A stretch of DNA of 64,000 nucleotides from an uncultured Pseudomonadota bacterium (GTDB lineage Bacteria > Pseudomonadota > Gammaproteobacteria > Xanthomonadales > Rhodanobacteraceae): positions 129,967-193,966 of the forward strand of contig CAVZZK010000004.1 of assembly GCA_963779795.1 (NCBI GenBank). The letters are read 5' to 3'. The position numbers and the translations under genes were made by a program. Under the pieces are notes generated by a model. That model did not search any database and was not told where the DNA came from. It was given only the letters and a program-made list of their open reading frames with translations. This document shows positions 59,476 through 64,000 of the stretch, piece by piece; positions within the stretch are counted from its first letter, which is position 1; the number at the start of each line of letters is the position of its first letter.

Positions 59476-61116
59476 TTATCGGTCGCGCGCTATGGTTATC
59501 AGCGTCAAATCGTCGCTCTGCGGTTCGCCATTGGTGAAATGCGCCAGCTCGGCGAGCAGGGCATTCAGTGCGTCTTGTGCTCCGGTGCCGCTGGCGGCCA
59601 TGGTTTCCACTATCCGTTGTTTGCCGAACAGTTGTTTTTCGGCGTTGTGCGCTTCGTCCAGGCCATCGGTGTAAAGCAGCAGACAACTGCCTGGCTCCAT
59701 GACCGCTGTCTGTTGCTGGAAAGTCGTATCTGATACCGCGCCCAGCGGAAGGGCGCCTTCGCTGCCCAGATCGCTGACACTACCCCGTGCGGAACGCTTC
59801 AGCGGTGCAGGGTGGCCGGCATTGGCGATTTCCAGTGCACCGCTGCCCGGTTCGATGGCCAATGCCAGCATGGTCACGAACATGCCCGGCTCCAGTTCCT
59901 GGGCCAGTTTGTGGTTCAGTGCGGTCAACAGTTCCTGCGGGCCGGACAACTGTTGCGCGAAAGCGCCAACCTGAACACTGAGCCTGGCCATGTACAACGC
60001 ACCGGATACGGCCTTGCCCGACACGTCGGCAATGACAATGCCCTCGCGGCCGTCGGCGAAGCGAATGAAGTCGTAATAGTCACCGCCGATTACGCGCGCG
60101 GCGGCATAGCTGTCGGCAATGCGATAACCCCGCCAAACAGGCGGCGACTGCGGCAGCAGGCGTTGCTGGATCCGCCGTGCCAGAGCCAGGTCATGGGCTT
60201 CGATGGCCCGATCAGGCGAACGCACCTGATGCGCGGCCACCATCCACGCGATCTGGCCGGCGACGGCAAGGAACAATTCCTGGTCGGCCGTGCGCCATGC
60301 GTCGGCGTGCTGCACACTTTCCAGATAGAACATGCCGAGCAGTTCGCGTCCGAAACGCAGCGGCAGGCCAAGCAGGGCCGCCGGCAGCGGCACTGCGTCG
60401 AAACGGGAGGTCAATGACTGGCGTTGGGCATCGTCGAGTACATTAAGGCCCTGCTCCCGACGCAGTGCCTCGCGCAGAAATACTTCGACCTTGGCAAAAG
60501 GATCGATCTTGTCATCTGCGTGGACGCGTTGCGCGAGTATGGACAAGTGTTGCGAGGCACTGTTGTAGCGGTAGACGGCGCCGCGGCCGGCCTTGGGAAA
60601 CGCCTGCATGATTGCATCGAGCGCTTGTTCTAGTTGTTCGCGCAATTCCTGTTGTCGCGAGGTTGCCCGTCCCAGTTCGGTGAACAGCTTCAGACGGGAA
60701 AGCAGATCGGATAGCCCGCTGGATATGGGTGTTGTCGGCGCGCGATGGGAGTGTGGTCCGGTACGAGCGGCTACTCGCGCATGGGCTGTCGGGTCGGGTT
60801 CGTCAGCGGTGGGTGGTACCTCGTCTTGCATCGAACGGCGGTAGGTTGCCTTGACGTCACCGAATCGCAAATCGTCCCCGTCGTGAAGGACCGCGACCTG
60901 ACTGATGCGCCGGCCGTGCAAGACGGTGCCGTTGGCACTGTTCTGATCGTGCAGTTCGTAGGCGTCGCCATTGCGTCGCAGCAACGCGTGTTGGCGCGAT
61001 ACCGTGGGGTCATTCAAGCGTACGTCGCAAAGCTGGCCGCGACCGATAACGGCGTTGTCCGAGAAACTGAATACCTGGCCGGCCAGGGCGCCGGATGTGA
61101 TGATCAGATTCGGCAT
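59476..61116 (-). CDS. FHA / GAF / PP2C (SpoIIE/RsbU-type) serine phosphatase
   Basis: Start at ATG 61116 (MPNLIITSGALAGQVFSF). FHA: AVIGRGQLCDVRLNDPTVSRQHALLRRNGDAYELHDQNSANGTVLHGRRI. The central region is GAF-like. PPM motifs: IGGDYYDF, VIADVSGKAVSGALYMA, LLLYTDGLDEA, QSDDLTLI. Confidence 0.85.
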   Translation of the reverse strand: MPNLIITSGALAGQVFSFSDNAVIGRGQLCDVRLNDPTVSRQHALLRRNGDAYELHDQNSANGTVLHGRRISQVAVLHDGDDLRFGDVKATYRRSMQDEVPPTADEPDPTAHARVAARTGPHSHRAPTTPISSGLSDLLSRLKLFTELGRATSRQQELREQLEQALDAIMQAFPKAGRGAVYRYNSASQHLSILAQRVHADDKIDPFAKVEVFLREALRREQGLNVLDDAQRQSLTSRFDAVPLPAALLGLPLRFGRELLGMFYLESVQHADAWRTADQELFLAVAGQIAWMVAAHQVRSPDRAIEAHDLALARRIQQRLLPQSPPVWRGYRIADSYAAARVIGGDYYDFIRFADGREGIVIADVSGKAVSGALYMARLSVQVGAFAQQLSGPQELLTALNHKLAQELEPGMFVTMLALAIEPGSGALEIANAGHPAPLKRSARGSVSDLGSEGALPLGAVSDTTFQQQTAVMEPGSCLLLYTDGLDEAHNAEKQLFGKQRIVETMAASGTGAQDALNALLAELAHFTNGEPQSDDLTLITIARDR

Positions 61117-61206
61117 TCGTAAACTGATCGAAGTGGCGTCAAGACCAGTGTGGCACAAAGCGGCGTGGTGGGGGATGATGACGGAGGTCCACTCCGGAAT
61201 CCCGTC

Positions 61207-61584
61207 ATGCCCATAGCGTATTGGTGTTTGTTGCTGGCAGCGATGTTGCCGCTGCTATGGACCGGCGTAGCCAAGACAATCCAACGCCGACACTTCGACA
61301 ATCGCAAGCCGCGGGACTTCCAGGCACGCCTGGACGGCATGGCGCAGCGGGCACATTGGGCGCATCTGAATTCATTCGAGGCTTTCGCGCCTTTTGCGGC
61401 TGGCGTGCTGGCGGCCGAACAGCTGTCGGCGCCACAGGGGAGAATCGATGAGCTGGCGATCGCCTTCGTTACGCTACGCGTGGTTTATGGCTTGTGCTAT
61501 CTCGCAAATCAGGCAACGTTGCGCAGCCTGGTGTGGGCCGCGGGGATGGTTTGCACGGTCGCACTTTTCATTATCGCGGCGTAA
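61207..61584 (+). CDS. MAPEG-family membrane protein
   Basis: ATG 61207. MPIAYWCLLLAAMLPLLWTG...HWAHLNSFEAFAPFAAGVL...LRVVYGLCYL; 125 aa, 3-4 TM. Confidence 0.7.
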   Translation: MPIAYWCLLLAAMLPLLWTGVAKTIQRRHFDNRKPRDFQARLDGMAQRAHWAHLNSFEAFAPFAAGVLAAEQLSAPQGRIDELAIAFVTLRVVYGLCYLANQATLRSLVWAAGMVCTVALFIIAA

Positions 61585-61607
61585 CGACATGCGTAGTGCA
61601 GAATGAA

Positions 61608-61638
61608 CAAAAAAAAGGCCGGACATGAGATCCGGCCT
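61608..61638 (-). terminator. Intrinsic terminator downstream of the phasin gene; the hairpin is also positioned after the convergent MAPEG gene
   Basis: The minus strand reads AGGCCGGA-TCTCATG-TCCGGCCT followed by TTTTTTTT (plus-strand A-run 61609-16). Confidence 0.8.
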
Positions 61639-61716
61639 GAATAAGCTGCGATACAAGGGGAGGGAGTTACGCAGCGAGTTGAATGTCGCGCGGCATGGCC
61701 GCGCGTGAAGCCTTGC

Positions 61717-62106
61717 TTACTTGGTCGCCTTCTTGACGGCGGCCGCAGTCTGCTTGGTGAAGCGATCATTGGCGGCCTCGAAGCTGCCCTTGGCCAGCTG
61801 GCCAAGCGCTTCGGTGGTCTTCAGTGTCAAGCCGAACACTTCCTGACCGTTGGCGTAGAACTTTTCGGTCGATTCCTTGACCAGGCTCACGCTCTTCGGC
61901 CAGAAGGCCTTGAGCGCGTCGAAGTCACGTACTTCGGCGGCTTCGGACCAGAACTCGATCGCGGCTTCGGCACGATTTTCCATCGTCTTCAGCTGCAGGT
62001 CGGTGATCCGCTCAATGCCTTCGATAGCCAGACCGTGTGCCTTGAAAGCGGTATCGGCAAAGCTCTTGCTCATTGCCAGAAACTGGGAGTTGATTTGCTC
62101 GTACAT
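61717..62106 (-). CDS. phaP: Phasin-family (PHA granule-associated) protein
   Basis: MYEQINSQFLAMSKSFADTAFKAHGLAIEGIERITDLQLKTMENRAEAAIEFWSEAAEVRDFDALKAFW... is the typical phasin_2 pattern; 129 aa; GAGG RBS. Confidence 0.8.
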   Translation of the reverse strand: MYEQINSQFLAMSKSFADTAFKAHGLAIEGIERITDLQLKTMENRAEAAIEFWSEAAEVRDFDALKAFWPKSVSLVKESTEKFYANGQEVFGLTLKTTEALGQLAKGSFEAANDRFTKQTAAAVKKATK

Positions 62107-62145
62107 TGTCGCGCCCTCACGTTGGGTGTTTTGGAGTGTGAGGTG

Positions 62146-62174
62146 ATACTAGCGCATACTATGGTGCGTTGCAA
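62146..62174 (-). promoter_or_regulatory. Predicted sigma-70 promoter of the phasin gene
   Basis: The minus strand reads TTGCAA (62174-62169), a 17-nt spacer, then TAGTAT (62151-62146), about 40 nt upstream of ATG 62106. The -35 lies inside the 8-bp palindrome GTTGCAAC. The -10 is duplicated as TAGTAT-GCGC-TAGTAT. Confidence 0.45.
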
Positions 62175-62292
62175 CATTTATTTTCAGGCTGTGGCTTGCC
62201 CTACGTATCTTAATGAAAAATATATAAATTATGTCATATTCTGTTAATAACGAAATACCTGCTGATAAGTTTATTGTGCGAATGCGACAATT

Positions 62293-62655
62293 TCAACGTG
62301 CTGGCCCGGCATAGACACACCCCGAGGTACAGGTTTCATGCACGACGAGTTTGCTCAAGGCTGGCAGATTCGGTTTCAGTGCCTCCCAGATCCAGATCGC
62401 CAAGCGCTCGCTGGTCGGATTTTCAAGGCCCCGGACCTCATTGAGGTAGCGATGGTCGAGCTGTTCGAAGATCGGCGCGAACGCCATCTTGACGTCGGCG
62501 AAGTCCATGACCCAGCCGCTATCGGCACCGGGCTTTCCGCCGACGTGAACCTCAATGCGAAACGAGTGGCCGTGCAAGCGCGCGCACTTGTGGGTTTCCG
62601 GTACATTCGGCAACCGGTGCGCAGCCTCGATCTGAAAGACCTTGAAGATATCCAT
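62293..62655 (-). CDS. queD: 6-carboxy-5,6,7,8-tetrahydropterin synthase
   Basis: FKVFQIEAAHRLPNVPETHKCARLHGHSFRIEV...DFADV...LDHRYLN; 120 aa. Confidence 0.9.
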   Translation of the reverse strand: MDIFKVFQIEAAHRLPNVPETHKCARLHGHSFRIEVHVGGKPGADSGWVMDFADVKMAFAPIFEQLDHRYLNEVRGLENPTSERLAIWIWEALKPNLPALSKLVVHETCTSGCVYAGPAR

Positions 62656-62756
62656 GCGCGAAGTTTACATGGGGGTTACGTCACCCGATACGCGTTTCAC
62701 TTCGGGGCCGGTTCCAATCTCGCTCGCCAACCGGGATGGGTGATGCAGGTGCGGCA

Positions 62757-63491
62757 TCACCCTGGCGCCCGTCGTTTGAAGGTGACTACGAGGACATCAC
62801 GCCAGCCGCCGTCGGCTGGATCGAGTGCGTGCACGGGTGTGACACCATGCAAGACGCGTTCGTCCACGACCCAGGCCGAATCCATCGGCGCCGCCAATGT
62901 GAATTCACCGAGTCGTTGGCCATCCGGGGCATGAATTGAGGTTGTGCCACTGGCCACGTTATGACGGGCAATCAGCACTACGAGAACAAAATCGACGCCA
63001 TCACGATGCATGCCTTCAGGTGTAGGCAGGCCCGGGTGACCGGCGCGCGCCTGAATGCGGAACTGATGCGCTTCGACCCGCCATGCGGTTGTCGCCCTCG
63101 CCAGCTTGCCGAAAACATTGGCGCCGAGTTCAAGCAGGTTGCGCAAGATATGGCCGTTGGCAATATGCGGCCGGATTGGCTCGAACCAGCGCTCGATGCC
63201 GCCCTGTAACGGGTTGTATTCGACGCTCTGGTAATGCGCCTGATCCGGTTCGCGCTCGATGGTGTCGGGCGCGCCGATGCCGAACACGGCATGGCGACGA
63301 CGGCGATAGCGGCCCTGCGCGGCCAGATAGGCGTCTTCGGCCAGATCGTTCCAGCTGGCCGCGAAAGCCGGCCAGTCCGGGTCGGCGGTCAGGTCGCCGG
63401 ACAGTTGCCGCATCGCATCTGCTGGTACGTAGGCGAAGCCATCGCGTTCCAGCTCGAACAGCAGGTCCTTTGCGGAAGTCGGATGATTCAT
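62757..63491 (-). CDS. 2OG-Fe dioxygenase-family protein (PF10014-like)
   Basis: ATG 63491 (track start 63497 is TTG). PEGMHRDGVDFVLVVLIARHNVASGTTSI and VLHGVTPV motifs are typical of this family. Confidence 0.65.
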   Translation of the reverse strand: MNHPTSAKDLLFELERDGFAYVPADAMRQLSGDLTADPDWPAFAASWNDLAEDAYLAAQGRYRRRRHAVFGIGAPDTIEREPDQAHYQSVEYNPLQGGIERWFEPIRPHIANGHILRNLLELGANVFGKLARATTAWRVEAHQFRIQARAGHPGLPTPEGMHRDGVDFVLVVLIARHNVASGTTSIHAPDGQRLGEFTLAAPMDSAWVVDERVLHGVTPVHALDPADGGWRDVLVVTFKRRAPG

Positions 63492-63603
63492 CGGCAAGAT
63501 GCAGGCGAGGGATCGGCACTGACGGTGTCGTGCTGAAGCAAGGTTGAACCGCTGTCCGGGTCAGGCGGCAATCGGGAGATTGTGGCCGCGCCGGACGTCG
63601 AGG

Positions 63604-64000
63604 TCAGTCCATCTCACGATCGCCGATCAGCACGATATCCGCGGGCCGCGCCGCGAACAGGCCGACGCAGACGACACCGGCAAGCTGGTTCAAATCCGCT
63701 TCCAATGCTGCCGGATCGCTGATCTGCCAGCCGTGAACGTCGAGAATGATGTTGCCGTTGTCGGTGACAAAGCCATCGCGCCACACCGGGTTGCCGCCGC
63801 GCTTGACGATCTCGCGCGCGACCAATCCGCGCGCCATCGGGATGACCTCGACCGGTAGCGGAAATTTCCCGAGTACGTCGACGCGTTTGCTCGTATCGAT
63901 CATGCACACAAACTTGTCCGACGATGCGGCGATGATTTTCTCGCGCGTGAGCGCGCCTCCGCCGCCCTTGATCAGGCGCTTGTGCGGGTCGCATTCGTCG
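63604..64000 (-). CDS. rpiA: Ribose-5-phosphate isomerase A; only the C-terminal part is present and the 5' end lies outside the window
   Basis: The reverse translation is open to the window edge: ...[56 protein letters not shown]...[12 protein letters not shown]... These are canonical RpiA motifs. Confidence 0.85.
   Translation of the reverse strand, partial: DECDPHKRLIKGGGGALTREKIIAASSDKFVCMIDTSKRVDVLGKFPLPVEVIPMARGLVAREIVKRGGNPVWRDGFVTDNGNIILDVHGWQISDPAALEADLNQLAGVVCVGLFAARPADIVLIGDREMD

Overview
64-kb high-GC (roughly 62-65% by eye) chromosomal segment of a gammaproteobacterium. The atpIBEFHAGDC-glmU-glmS synteny supports that placement. Xanthomonadales/Rhodanobacteraceae-like is only a guess from the protein sequences. 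All functional calls come from my own motif and family recognition on the supplied translations, and no searches were run. I call about 56 protein genes, 2 pseudogenes, 4 intrinsic terminators, 1 in-gene tandem repeat and a few candidate regulatory or RNA-structure elements. I saw no rRNA, tRNA, CRISPR array, transposase, integrase or phage genes.

Gene order:
- 5' block: dcp(partial), a small hypothetical, tricorn-like S41 protease, bioD, msrC-like GAF, TfoX_C, LOG, MerR/TipAS.
- ADP-heptose operon hldD / gmhB::gmhA fusion / hldE, flanked by an ArnT-like GT, a GT9 heptosyltransferase and a PAP2 phosphatase.
- Porin-like OMP plus PstS-like PBP, divergent from a dCache histidine kinase plus a sigma-54 response regulator.
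- czcCBA.
- LysR remnant, then padR-pspC-membrane gene.
- An OMF-MFP-RND operon whose RND gene carries six clustered frame changes. It is preceded by a beta-propeller gene and a CusRS-like two-component system.
- Periplasmic PDC-like protein, a second beta-propeller paralog, MFS, TonB-dependent receptor.
- glmS, glmU and the atp operon on the minus strand.
- A cNMP-FHA / coiled-coil-FHA / STAS / FHA-GAF-PP2C signalling cluster.
- MAPEG, phasin, queD, 2OG-Fe oxygenase, rpiA(partial).

At least eight gene junctions use ATGA stop/start overlaps, which suggests translational coupling. Most long track ORFs lying antisense to these genes are GC-driven shadow ORFs.

The most system-like content I cannot assign to a described pathway is the three-FHA/STAS/PP2C/cNMP cluster at 56.9-61.1 kb. 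The oddest sequence-level signals are the six same-direction frame changes in the RND gene at 30.87-31.36 kb and the nested complementary blocks flanking atpA.
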